A DNA stretch of 42,308 nucleotides from Octopus bimaculoides. Taxonomy: Eukaryota. Of this stretch, positions 19,906 to 31,953 are shown one piece after another. The position numbers and the translations under genes were made by a program. The DNA is taken from the NCBI RefSeq assembly GCF_001194135.2, contig NC_068984.1, positions 73,953,836-73,996,143 of the forward strand, given 5' to 3'. Numbering within the stretch: position 1 is the stretch's first letter; every line of letters begins with the position of its first letter. Below the pieces are notes generated by a model, which did no database searches, was not told where the DNA came from, and worked only from the letters and a program-made list of their open reading frames with translations.

Positions 19906-20104
19906 CAAACTGCAAACGTTACTGAGAGACTTAGAGCCTTAAGAGTATATATATATTTATATGTATGTATGTGGAAGAATATATACATATACACACAGAA
20001 AGAAAGAACATATAAATACATTATATTTTCTTTGTTAAAAAAAATACTACACGTTTTCATAAATTAGTAGCAAACCAAAGAAATATCTTGAAGAATACTG
20101 GTTT

Positions 20105-20272
20105 CAAATTTTGGTATAAGGTCAACAATTTTGGGTGAGGGGTTAAGTTGATTACATTGACCCAAGTGCTCAACTGGTACTTGCATTATCAACCCCGGAC
20201 CTCGGCGGAATTTGAATTCAGCACGTAAAGACGGTCGAAATGCTACTAAGCTTTCTACCAGCTCGCCGCCCT
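20105..20272 (-). mobile_element. SINE family C, internally deleted copy
   Basis: ctcaactggtacttgcattatcaaccccggacctcggcggaatttgaattcagcacgtaaagac...ccagctcgccgccc. Confidence 0.8.
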
Positions 20273-20450
20273 AGAATATTATGAAAAATATAATCTTATA
20301 TCAATCAACAAGAGTCTGCAGAGTCCAGTTGTTTTTTTTTTCTTTTTTCTTCTTTTCTTTTGTACAAATTTTCAAATTTTGGCGAGAGCAAAGAGAGTTC
20401 CTCATCAATACCCGTCAAAGTATGAAGCCGATATATTACTTTGATTTTGC

Positions 20451-20482
<32 letters not shown>

Positions 20483-20769
20483 CTTAGTCATTGTTGAGAA
20501 TCTCTCTTAACAAAAGTAATTATTTCGAAATCGGGCCAGAATTTTCAAAGCTTCAACAACCTTCTCATTTTTTTTTATTATCTTACTCATCTTATTGAAC
20601 ATAAACCATATTCAGTAAAGCTTATTCTGAGAATTTTATTTTCCTACAAATCTATCGTTTAACGTAGTGGAATTTTTGTCTCATCAGGAATATGCAACAT
20701 GTTACTGGTTACATCAAAACGATTTAGCATGACAAACATAGCCCTACATATTTGTAGCGATTTATATTG

Positions 20770-20775
<6 letters not shown>

Positions 20776-20805
<30 letters not shown>

Positions 20806-20875
20806 ACGAGTGTATACATATATGCATATATATATACATATATACACACATTATATATGTATATATGTTTTTATG
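20776..20875. repeat. (TA)n-based microsatellite
   Basis: Directly visible. Confidence 0.9.
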
Positions 20876-20959
20876 TATACGTGCAGATTTGTATGTTTTG
20901 TTTTAGATATCAATAAATATCCGGACTGTTGCTACAGTAACGAAGCTAAAGCACGGAAA

Positions 20960-21325
20960 GTGAAACCACTTGACACAGATTGACCTTGAACACTGTTGTG
21001 CATGTGCACTAAGTTTTAACGTTTTAGATGTTTACAACAGTGCTTGGAAGGAAGGTGATCATTGCATTGACCATGACAGAAAAAGTTGAATAGAGAATCT
21101 GCATCAAATTTTGCCAAAAGCTTGGCGATTCCTGCTCAGATGTCTATGCAAAGTTTTCGAAAAGCTTTCATCGTTCTCAACACAATCAAGGAGGTCTTAT
21201 GCAACTGAAACCCAAGCGTCTTTTTGGTCAGCTGAAAGCAGTATTGGCGCAAACTTGGTAGACATGCGTCTCGTATCCAAATCTTCAGTGATAATTAACC
21301 GTAACTAATCTGCTCATCCCCTGAT
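20960..21325. mobile_element. Rearranged mariner transposase remnant (two converging fragments)
   Basis: Plus strand from ATG 21073: MTEKVE*RICIKFCQKLGDSCSDVYAK (mariner N-terminus EQRxCIKFCxKLG). Minus strand from ~21320: EQISYG..IITEDL..RR-STKFAPILLSADQK...VSVA*DLLDCVENDESFSKT (ISxGS..ILxEDL.MRRVxAKFVPxLLxxDQK). Confidence 0.75.
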
Positions 21326-21379
21326 AACTTACGGATAAGGATTCGACGATTTCCCCTCACAGCTGCACACAAATCTGCG

Positions 21380-21557
21380 ATACTTAGCGGTATTTCGTCT
21401 GTCTTTACGTTCTGAGTTCAAATTCTGCCGAGGTCGACTTTGCCTTTCATGCTTTCGGAGTCGATAAATTAAGTACCTGTTGCGTACTGAGGTTGATCTA
21501 ATCGACTGGCCCCCTCCCCCAAAATTTCGGGCCTGCGTCTAGAGTAGAAAAGAATAT
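21380..21557 (+). mobile_element. SINE family C, 5'-truncated copy
   Basis: cttagcggtatttcgtctgtctttacgttctgagttcaaattc...ctagagtagaaaagaatatt. Confidence 0.9.
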
Positions 21558-21589
21558 TACAGACGCGAGCCTGTCAAAATGGGATACAG

Positions 21590-21950
21590 AAAAAGGATGT
21601 ACGAAATATGGATTGCGAAAAACATATTTCTCTGTCACAGAACAAAACTTCTTGACCCGAAACATTTAATCGCGAAAAGATAGTGACTATTCCAGTTGAA
21701 CTGGCAGAAACCTCCCGAAACAGTGGACGATGAAGAACATAGTTATGTAAAATTAGAAGGGTGGAAGAAATCAAATAAGAAATAATTGTGAGTCCAATAA
21801 ATCAGCAGGAGAGAAACAATAGCCAAAATGTTATAGAAGAGGAAAGGAGCTCATTACAACGGCTAATCAGTGAAAGAAATAGACCACCATCTTTGAGAGG
21901 AATGGTAAGAGAGAACCTACGTGAAATATTACTGATACTAAAAGGCCAGA
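21590..21950 (+). pseudogene. RLE-type (R4/Dong-like) LINE, N-terminal region, degenerate
   Basis: KRMYEIW...VTEQNLLDPKHLIAKR...LELAE resembles the N-terminal RKRMxxIW...TEQRLxDQxRxI motif of this clade; also RPPSLRG further on. Confidence 0.5.
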
Positions 21951-22889
21951 TACGGGAAGCTATGACTAGCAAACGACCATCACACGAGTTCACTGCCTCA
22001 GAAACAGCAGACGTTGAATTTTTTGCCGTATGTCTACGCATCACTAGCCATAGCATTTCCATCTCTCCTACCCGCTAGAGTTGCTATAGGTTAAACCTAA
22101 TCGGTGAAACCCATCTCTTTTACAAGGAGCTAAAGAGTAAATGTTCCAATCTGGTAAAACGTGAAGCCCGACAGTCAGACGATGTAGGCATTCACCACAA
22201 ATGCGTGGCATTCCAGAGACAGCTAACTTTTGCACACTTCCAAATGAGACTAGCCACCCTGCTTGAAAAGTTCTCCCAAATTCTACTAAAATGTTAAATC
22301 GTCTCAGCCAGTGTGCACTTTCTTCCCTTAGTGCTTGGTTAATGCATCCTATTTTGTTTTATTTGATTATTCTGATGGAAAGGACTATGAACTTGATCTT
22401 CACACAGGTTCTCTGAAGCTATTGAGAGCAATATAAATAATATTCTCTTAAATAGTTACCCTTTGACAGCTGCAGGACAAAATATGGGCAGAGAAGGTAT
22501 TCTACAGAATTGAGGCTTTGGGGACGGAGTACAGAGCGCAGAACTTAGTGCAGGGTTTAGAAATGGGCACAAGAAAAGAGAGGATACGACTGAGTCGGGA
22601 TACATAGATAGTGTTGTCATATGATCAGCTGGTGTTGAAGAGAAATAGTCATTATAATGTCTGTATATAAACAAAGAAAGGAAACAGATCATCAGTGATC
22701 CACAAGCTGGAGTATGACAGAATTCATGCTTATCAGTCGGGCGGCTTTATTTTTGCGTGAGATGGCTATGCTTTAGAGTAGCTGTGTTTGTAACAACAGT
22801 AAAGTTATAATCGAAGGAGCAAAACGATTTTAAAATTTTTTTGTGAGGCTCACATGAGCTTTGTAATGGGGTTAGTGTTTTGGTGGTGT

Positions 22890-23278
22890 GGAGGTGCAAT
22901 GGCCCAGTGGTTAGGGCAGCGGACTCGCGGTCATAGGATCGCGGTTTCGATTCCCAGACCGGGCGTAGTGAGTGTTTATTGAGCGAAAACACCTAAAGCT
23001 CCACGAGGCTCCGGCAGGGGATGGTGGCGAACCCTGCTGTACTCTTTCACCACAACTTTCTCTCACTCTAACTTCCTGTTTCTGTTGTGCCTGTAATTCA
23101 AAGGGTCAGCTTTGTCACACTGTGTCACGCTGAATATCCCTAAGAACTACGTTAAGGGTACACGTGTCTGTGGAGTGCTCAGCCACTTGCACGTAAATTT
23201 CACAAGCAGGCTGTTCCGTTGATCGTATCAACTGGAACCCTCGACGTTGTAAGCGACGGAGTGCCAACAACAACAACA
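22890..23278 (+). mobile_element. SINE family A, full-length with TSD
   Basis: tRNA-like head (A box tggcccagtgg, B box gtttcgattccc), (CAA)n tail, 16-bp TSD agtgttttggtg(g/t)tgt at 22874-22889 and 23279-23294. Confidence 0.93.
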
Positions 23279-23479
23279 AGTGTTTTGGTGTTGTAGGGTG
23301 ACTAAAGTATCTTCTGGCTCCAAAGACAACCAGTTAATATAATGCCGTCTTCGCTATGCTATGGATGTGCATTTACCATGAAAAAGATTCCGTGATGACG
23401 ATAGCGAGCATGGGTTGACATATTGAGAATTTCATATGCGCGAGGTTTATTTTTAATGAAAATGTACGATAATATTTTC

Positions 23480-23720
23480 TGATATCGTTCTGATTATATC
23501 TTTGCACAGTTGAGTGGTACAAGTTTGGCATGAGTTCTCCATTCATGGATGTTTTGTAGGTCTCGTTTCGTTGAATTATTTCGGGTTTGGCGTGAGGTGT
23601 TGCATGTGGATGACGCTTTGGTGCGGTAAGTTATGGAAGAATGGAGGTTTATACGTAGGTGTGGGTATTGTTGGAGGTGAGCCGGAACTATTAGCGCATG
23701 GCATTCGTCCGACGCTTCAA
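23480..23720 (-). pseudogene. Highly degenerate LINE RT fragment
   Basis: Minus translation ...TKRDLQNIHEWRTHAKLVPLN resembles the post-YADD LQxDLxxIxxW...xFN segment. Confidence 0.3.
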
Positions 23721-24093
23721 TAAATTTGCCGATCGACCGACTTAAAATATATTTAGCTCAAACAAAGTCTTCTTTCTTTTGTTTCTGTCCCCATATATAA
23801 AGTGTAGTTATCTGTTCATCTATTTCTTTTGTTTATTCAAACATTAATTTTAAAGATATTTCTTTTTAACCTTCCCAACACTGATTAGATCGAGCATAAT
23901 GTAGTTTTGGTGTTGATCATGATGTAGTTTATGTTTATCGTTGCTGTTGCTGCTGCTAATCTTGGTCGTACGATTATTATTATTATTATTATTATTGTTC
24001 AGTAGTTTTATTTTTATAACGTGCTTTCACTTCACTACCGAGCGCAGCTCTGTGCGCCTTGGGTATGTGCTGTGGTTTGCTGTGGTTTACTGT

Positions 24094-24175
24094 ATGTATT
24101 ATTATTATTATTATTATTATCATTATTATCATCATTATTATTATCATCATTATTATTATTATCATTATTATTATT

Positions 24176-24267
<92 letters not shown>
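24094..24267. repeat. (ATT)n/(ATC)n compound microsatellite
   Basis: About 58 trinucleotide units. Confidence 0.95.
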
Positions 24268-24403
24268 ATAGGTAGCTGTCAGAATCGTTAGCACGCTGGG
24301 CAAAATTCTTAGCGGTATTTCTTCCGTCTTTATGTTCTGAGTTCAAATTCCGCCGAGGTCAGCTTTGCCTTTCATTCTTTCGGGGTCGCTAAAATAAGTA
24401 CCA
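24268..24403 (+). mobile_element. SINE family C, head and body
   Basis: agctgtcagaatcgttagcacgctgggcaaaattcttagcggtatttc...ggggtcgctaaaataagtaccag. Confidence 0.88.
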
Positions 24404-25114
24404 GATAATTAGAGCTAACTGGATCCTAATCCACCAAGGGAAGGTATGTCGGAAGAAAGTAATTCAACAACNNNNNNNNNNNNNNNNNNNNNNNNNNNNN
24501 NNNNNNNNNNNNNNNNNNNNNNNNNNNNNNNNNNNNNNNNNNNNNNNNNNNNNNNNNNNNNNNNNNNNNNNNNNNNNNNNNNNNNNNNNNNNNNNNNNNN
24601 NNNNNNNNNNNNNNNNNNNNNNNNNNNNNNNNNNNNNNNNNNNNNNNNNNNNNNNNNNNNNNNNNNNNNNNNNNNNNNNNNNNNNNNNNNNNNNNNNNNN
24701 NNNNNNNNNNNNNNNNNNNNNNNNNNNNNNNNNNNNNNNNNNNNNNNNNNNNNNNNNNNNNNNNNNNNNNNNNNNNNNNNNNNNNNNNNNNNNNNNNNNN
24801 NNNNNNNNNNNNNNNNNNNNNNNNNNNNNNNNNNNNNNNNNNNNNNNNNNNNNNNNNNNNNNNNNNNNNNNNNNNNNNNNNNNNNNNNNNNNNNNNNNNN
24901 NNNNNNNNNNNNNNNNNNNNNNNNNNNNNNNNNNNNNNNNNNNNNNNNNNNNNNNNNNNNNNNNNNNNNNNNNNNNNNNNNNNNNNNNNNNNNNNNNNNN
25001 NNNNNNNNNNNNNNNNNNNNNNNNNNNNNNNNNNNNNNNNNNNNNNNNNNNNNNNNNNNNNNNNNNNNNNNNNNNNNNNNNNNNNNNNNNNNNNNNNNNN
25101 NNNNNNNNNNNNNN

Positions 25115-25417
25115 AGGGTACACCAGGCACATGCATCACAACCATATGTGAGCGACATGGTGATCGCATATCAAGATAAACAACGCATGACCTCGTAGGT
25201 GGGGCCCAGTTAGAATTTTCTTCAGGTCGAGTAGCCCATCCCGCTCAAAAGGTCCCTGAATAAGGTTTGTTTAAGGGTGTTGAGCAAAACACCCATGTTT
25301 CCAAAGGTGAATTATCCAAACCCCAAAGAATTCCTCTCAACACATGGCTACGATGCTCCCCCACTACTTCTGCTCATGATCAGAGATGCACATATCGTCA
25401 GCCACTAAGGGACATGC
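25115..25417 (-). mobile_element. Probable retroposon fragment (unclassified)
   Basis: GC-richer non-coding block at a gap edge. I recall the sequence (gcatgtcccttagtggctgacgatatgtgcatctctgatc...) as a high-copy Octopus repeat, but it occurs once here and is unverified. Confidence 0.3.
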
Positions 25418-26070
25418 GACATTACGAGGAAATGACGAGAACAGACTTAAGGTATTTAGGTTATGCCATTTTAAATTAAGAAGTTTTACGCAATTTAGCC
25501 TTTTCTTATTCGACAGCCCTCGCAAGGCATAATGTTTTAGATGTAAACACTTAAAATTAATACCGTTCTTCAGTAAAAGAAACATAACCAAGAATCCATG
25601 AACAGAATAATTTCCTTTCTCCTTAAAATATTAGTTTTCTTGATGTAACTCTTCCTGGCCTTTTGTTACTGACATTTCTCCATGTAACTGCGATGCCATT
25701 TCAAACTGAACGAGGGTTCGCTATACAAGCCCGTCCCATAACTGCACGCTCTGGGCATGGAACATGAAGTAGTTCAGGTATAACTTTAGTATTCCTTAAA
25801 TGATATTTACTTGCCAATGTATTAAATACGTTTTTCCCTGATCTTATCGACAAGTGAACGATAGCTATTCCAAGAGACTTTTTGCTACTGGTGCCACTAA
25901 AAGTGAACAATATCAACGTTAAAGGTGCGAAATTGTACGAATTTTTTGGACGTTGACGGACGAAGAATTAGCTCCGAATTTTCTGGTTGTTATGTCTTTT
26001 TTTTTAATTGTCTGTTTGCTGTACTTTTGTTAAATTTTTGAAATATATATATATATATATATATATATAC

Positions 26071-26315
26071 GAAGGCACGTGTCTCGGTGATTAGAGCGTG
26101 GTGATATTGTGAGTTCGATTCTTGGACCAGGATGAGAGTTGCGTTCTTGAGCAAGACACTTTGTTTCTCCAGTTCACTCAACTGTAGAAATGAGTTGCGA
26201 CGTTACTGGTGCTGAGCTGTGTCGGCCTTTACCTTTCACTTTGATAACATCGGTGGTGTGCAGAGGAGAAGCTGGTATGCATAGGCGACGGCTGGTTTTT
26301 CGCGAACCACATGGC
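26071..26315 (+). mobile_element. SINE family D, degenerate 5' two-thirds
   Basis: gaaggcacgtg...ttcttgagcaagacactttgtttctccagttcactcaactgtagaaatgagttgcgacgttactggtgc aligns with the reverse complement of ~19050-19292. Confidence 0.8.
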
Positions 26316-27479
26316 TATGCGTCCTCATATACATATATACATATATATATATATATAGGATCTTCACCTCTTACATCACACATTTCTTCTTACTTCAACG
26401 TCGAGATGGTATAATTTCCTGGGAGAGAGATAATTTTTGCGGCTGAAGATAGCTTTACATTGTAGATTATACACATATTATTTTATGTTATATTATATTA
26501 TGTTATATTATATTATACACATGTAGAGCTTGAAACACGTGTACCGCGGAATTCTTTGTAGTTTTGTTGTTATTTTTTTTCCTTTGGATTTACAATTTAT
26601 TCCTTCACCGCAACCACTAGCTGGAATACACAGGTGCTTACAATTGTCAAGTATTACCTCTAATTTTCAATTTACCTATNNNNNNNNNNNNNNNNNNNNN
26701 NNNNNNNNNNNNNNNNNNNNNNNNNNNNNNNNNNNNNNNNNNNNNNNNNNNNNNNNNNNNNNNNNNNNNNNNNNNNNNNNNNNNNNNNNNNNNNNNNNNN
26801 NNNNNNNNNNNNNNNNNNNNNNNNNNNNNNNNNNNNNNNNNNNNNNNNNNNNNNNNNNNNNNNNNNNNNNNNNNNNNNNNNNNNNNNNNNNNNNNNNNNN
26901 NNNNNNNNNNNNNNNNNNNNNNNNNNNNNNNNNNNNNNNNNNNNNNNNNNNNNNNNNNNNNNNNNNNNNNNNNNNNNNNNNNNNNNNNNNNNNNNNNNNN
27001 NNNNNNNNNNNNNNNNNNNNNNNNNNNNNNNNNNNNNNNNNNNNNNNNNNNNNNNNNNNNNNNNNNNNNNNNNNNNNNNNNNNNNNNNNNNNNNNNNNNN
27101 NNNNNNNNNNNNNNNNNNNNNNNNNNNNNNNNNNNNNNNNNNNNNNNNNNNNNNNNNNNNNNNNNNNNNNNNNNNNNNNNNNNNNNNNNNNNNNNNNNNN
27201 NNNNNNNNNNNNNNNNNNNNNNNNNNNNNNNNNNNNNNNNNNNNNNNNNNNNNNNNNNNNNNNNNNNNNNNNNNNNNNNNNNNNNNNNNNNNNNNNNNNN
27301 NNNNNNNNNNNTATATATAGAAGAAGTTTGCAAACGCCAATATATAAAAAATGAATTTTAATTTAACATGTTTCGGTTCTTGTAAAAACGAACCTTATCA
27401 AAAATACATATTTCAAAAAATGAAATTAAATGAAGAGTTCATAATTGTTCCTTACTGGTGTCAATAGTCCACGTGGGGG

Positions 27480-27670
27480 CATTTTTTGTTGGTTGTAGTA
27501 GTAGTAGTGTCCCTGTTGGTAATGGTAAATGGCAGTGACCTCTGTCTGTGTCAGTAGCAGTAATTAATTGGTTGCAGTGGTAGGGGTGGAAACAGCACAA
27601 GCAGCAGCAGCAGCAGCAGTAGTAGTGATAGTAGTGATAGTAGTGATAGTAGTAGTGATAGTAGCAGTGA
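27480..27670. repeat. (GTA)n/(GCA)n/(GATAGTAGT)n low-complexity tract
   Basis: Directly visible. Confidence 0.8.
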
Positions 27671-27749
27671 TTGTTAGTAGAAGAATACCGTTGGCGAAAT
27701 AAAATGATATCAAACTGAACTGAAACGATTTCGTAAACATTCTCCTGTT

Positions 27750-28070
27750 CCGTGGTGCACCTCGTGTGACTAATTAAAAAGAGAGAGGATTGTTAAATTG
27801 CCATAGAAAGAGAAAGGTTCAACTTCCTGATTCTTGTCCGCCAATGGTGAGTAGTGAATGATCATACTATTGCTAGCCTGGCTGTCAGTAGTGAGTGAAG
27901 AGAGTAGATGCAGTGAAGTTCGTGTGGGTGGTGGGAGGGACTTGTGAAATCGATATGAAAGGAGGGTCATTTAAGAAGGCTTCAGATGACGAAAATAGAA
28001 CAGGAAGTCTTCGCCAGTAGGATATCGATCGGAGTAATCTAAAAATGGACTCTGACGTAGGTACTATCAT
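27750..28070 (-). pseudogene. Possible degenerate LINE (L2/CR1-type) C-terminal fragment
   Basis: TSLHLLSSLTTDSQ...SPLADKNQEVEPFSFY weakly resembles LxLLDxIQ...PLxHRRxVASLSLFY. Confidence 0.25.
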
Positions 28071-28409
28071 AGCAAAGTTGATACCCTAAATATAGCAACA
28101 AACACGTAAGAACAGACCTAGTGGTGCCCACACGAACCATGTACATAAACATCACGCACTCGAGCGCGCACGCAAACACACAAACGCATCGTATGTGGAA
28201 AACTTACCGATAGCAATTTACCAATAGCAATGTAGTGGCATATTAAGCAGACATAGAATTCACAGATTTGCAAGGGCCCTTTTTGAAGAGACGAAAATAT
28301 GGATGTGTCGAAAGAATAATGATGTTTTGATCAGTTAAGCAATGAATGCGATGTTTAGCTCATAATGATTTACTTTTAGAATCTCATCAAAGTTTTATCA
28401 AAGTTTATA

Positions 28410-28796
28410 GGCTTAGGAGTGGCTGTGTGGTAAGTAGCTTGCTTACCAACCACATGGCTCTGGGTTCATGGGCAAGTGTCTTCTACTCGGGCCGATCGAA
28501 GCCTTGTGAGTGGATTTGGTAGACGGAAACTGAAACAAGCCCGTCGTATATATGTATATGTATGTGTGTGTGTGTGTGTATGTTTGTGCGTCTGTGTTTG
28601 TCCCCCCAACATCGCTTGACAACCGATGCTGGTGTGTTTACGTCCCCGTAAATTAACGGTTCGGCAAAAAATACCGATAGAATAAGTACTAGGCTTACAA
28701 AGAATAAGTCCTGGGGTCGATTTGCTCGACTACAGGCGGTGCTCCAGTATGGCCACAGTCAAATGACTGAAACAAGTAAAAGGGTAAAAGAGTAAA
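28410..28796 (+). mobile_element. SINE family B, near full-length
   Basis: tRNA-like head gtggctgtgtggtaagtagcttgcttaccaaccacatgg, CORE-like gggcaagtgtcttc, internal (TA)/(TG) array, module accgatagaataagtactagg...cctggggtcgatttgctcgact, tail gactgaaacaagtaaaag. Confidence 0.9.
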
Positions 28797-30667
28797 TGGT
28801 TTAATACCTTTAAAATAAATTTTATCGAACAATGTTTAATTCTTTTCTATTTTTGTGTTTGTTTGTATTGCAATCCTTTATCGAAAAAATGCTATTAATT
28901 AATAATTTGTCGTCAGTAAATATGTTAATTGGTCAATTGCTTATGCATGAATTTGATAATTGGCGATTTTATGGTTGGTGAACAGCAGTTGGGGATTTCT
29001 TGTCGACTAAGTTTATTGAAGTCCTCAACCTCTTACACACATAGAAAATAAAACAAAAACACCCTATTGTAAAATCAAAATAACAAATCCTTCATCTTTA
29101 TTTCTTCTCTCTTGACTGGCAAAAGACCAAAACAAAAACTTCGAATTGGAAATATTGACTTTCTACGAACACGCCTTAGGACTCTATAGTTTTAATCATA
29201 GTTCTCTGCAAACAGTTGACTTAGATTTAAGTAGCAAAAACCATTTGCTGAATCTTGAATTCGGTTTCCTCGAAAGTGCACTCCTCTCAAAATGTTTGGC
29301 TGAGGGAATCACTGTTAGTGTAATTTTAAGAACCAATGTTATACTGAAAATGGAGCAATGGTGTATTTATGACTTCCCGAAAGAAGGAAAAGAATAGCAG
29401 TTAAATGAAAACGTTTTCAAACGAAAATTAAAGCAGCTCATAGTAAAAGTTTTGAAAATTAAAGCAGCCCGTTGTAAAAGTCTTGATGTCATGTAGAAAC
29501 ATGACATCCAGTGGTGCAGTTTATCTTATTTAGGAAAGATCTTCGATTGCAAAGGTTATCATATTCTCTGTTTATTCACAAATCCAACATGCCAGCCAAA
29601 ATTTGTGACAGACTATTGGTCCTCACTACCCTTTCACGATACTCGCTCCTTCCTTCTCTCACTGTATGATTATCACAGTTCGTTTCGCTGCGTGAAATGC
29701 CCTTAATCGAATATGACATTCTAAAGCTGGTTGATAGTTGAGACTTGAACCCTGTCGTCATCTCCACTGTTGTTTATGTTTATCACTGTCCACGTCATCG
29801 CCATTTCCCTCACTATCACTGTCTGCAACATCATTGACATCATTGTAGTTGCTAATGTTAGAACGGTTCATGTTGCTGATGACGTTGTTGTCGGTGTTTA
29901 GATTTAGACCAGATTGATCGAGCCGATCTATTTTCGAAGATGTTCTACACGTGACCATTCCCATTTTTTCTCATACGTAGTGTATCTTAGATGCCATCCA
30001 TTGTGTCTCACTCTGCTGTTAACGTTGATATTATTTAGTTCCAGGTCAGATTTGACCGTGAAAGTCTATGATTACAAACTTTCGACTTGTAACCACTTAG
30101 TCTTTTTTTTAATTCAATCATAGTGTATCTCGAACCACATTATCCAATAGAGATCATTTTGAAAATACGTAGGATGTAATATGAGGGAAATTTGATTGTT
30201 ATTTCTATCATGTGTAGTATCTACATCGAAGCCTTGTTGAAGAGATGATTGCATTGACGATGAGAAGGAAGATAAGGAGGGAAGCAGAGGTTTTCCTTGC
30301 TGTCATTTTTCATTTTTAATATTTTATTCTATGTCAGCGTTCATCCAGTCAATATTTAGTCGAATAGTAGTTGTCACCTAAGTCCATCATGGGTATCGCT
30401 AACTACTTTCTACTGCCCAGAAAAGCCTAGCTATTTTCCCCTGTCTAATAGTCATAAGGAAACAGCTTATATGGTAGACAAGATTGAAAGCAATAAAAAC
30501 CCTTCTCTCATCAAGCAAGTCTACATCAACTTCTTACTGAGAAAGTTAATTGTGAAGAGGGGTCTCTGCCTTACACGTAATTTTCTGGAAAGTGGTTGAG
30601 AGGAGCAAGAATTATGAGAGGAACAAGAATGACCTGCATGAATGCACTTATACTTAGGCGATAAGCT

Positions 30668-31560
30668 ACTATTATTATTTGGCATAGCAGATATTTTATC
30701 TTGAAGCCTAGCGACAAGTCCCCTTAAATCATAAGAATTTTTCTTAGGACTCTTGCAGAATATAGAATGGTACTTTTTCTGCAGGTCGACAATATGAGTT
30801 TCAATTCAAATTTCATTTAGTCTTTAAGGTTGCGTTTTGGTTGTTCTGCCAAGTGCACCAACTGCTACAGTCTTGGTCTTCCACAATCTCCGCATCTCTC
30901 TGGCTAGATCCTGGTATTTCTTAATTTTCTTCAGTTTCTTTGGTATCGACTCTGCTATCATAGGGAATTGCAAAATCTATGATCTTACAATTTTTGTTTA
31001 TTTTGTTCTCTATAAACATATCTGATCTTCTTGTTTCAATAGTATGGTCAGTCATTATGAGTAATCCCACAAAATCTCGTAATGCTCATTTTCTATCACA
31101 GCCTCTGGTTCGTGTTCATACCACTCTTCTGTTCTGAAGCCGCATACTAGGCTGATATCCCAGTATGCCCTTTTGCTTACACAATCATCTCTGCGTTTAT
31201 ACTCCTTTTGTGCTAGAATACTACACTCACTCAAAATGTAATAAATACTTTCGTCTTCTTTCTTACAGATTCTATATTTGCCGTCTGACTGCTTTTGTCT
31301 CTTTACCTCTATCAGATTTGTTCTAAGGGCTTGTTTCTGAGTGACTATAATTAACGTTTCTGTCTCTCGTTTCAAGTTCTTTTCTATCAACCAAAGTCAG
31401 CGATTTTTACTTCAAGAATTCTCAGTTTGTTACAAGAATTTGCCATGCAATTCCATTTATTTCCATTTGTTTATTGTTGTCTTTGTTTTTCTCTTTTATT
31501 CGCCAGCTGTTTCAGTCACTTTTTCAATATCTCTGGCTGTCAAAAGTATCCTAATTTTTT
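30668..31560 (-). pseudogene. RLE-type (R4/Dong-like) LINE 3' end: zinc knuckle, restriction-like endonuclease, 3' UTR and (AAT)n tail
   Basis: LHGKF...LWLIEKNLKRETETLIIVTQKQALRTN...RICKKEDESIYYILSEC (degenerate CCHC)...ETRRSDI...KIIDFAIPYDSRVDTKE-KKIKKYQDLAREMRRLW..AVGALG...LQKSTILYSARVLRKILMI*. Then a short UTR ending aaataataatag at 30668-30680. Confidence 0.88.
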
Positions 31561-31597
31561 GAACTCAATATCGCAGTACTAACAGGGTCATCTCTTT

Positions 31598-31685
31598 TTA
31601 GTAGTCCGGTTCCAAGCTGTGCTGTTTTCTCAAGTGCTCCACCCGCGTTGCAGTCCCTATTTGTTCCATGTACTTCTCACTGAAA
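31598..31685 (-). pseudogene. Second short C-terminal fragment of an RLE-type LINE
   Basis: EKYMEQIGTATRVEHLRK resembles the terminal LxxxLxxIG...xEHLQKxALLGT segment. Confidence 0.4.
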
Positions 31686-31702
31686 CAAGTGAAAGAGTAA
31701 AG

Positions 31703-31953
<251 letters not shown>

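Noticed and set aside
21950-22745. Possible additional LINE remnants (AGFRNG, LIHKLE on +; WNA..VVNA on -)
   Set aside because: Motifs are too short and scattered to assign orientation or family.
22890-22965. tRNA-like sequence with A and B boxes
   Set aside because: It is the head of a SINE: it continues into body and tail, is bounded by a TSD, has a second copy at 2604-3012 and lacks a proper acceptor stem.
25701-25916. 71-codon minus-strand ORF
   Set aside because: No recognisable domain and within chance expectation.
29146-29397. 83-codon ORF in unique sequence
   Set aside because: Non-ATG start, no recognisable motif or convincing splice signals, and a length expected by chance.
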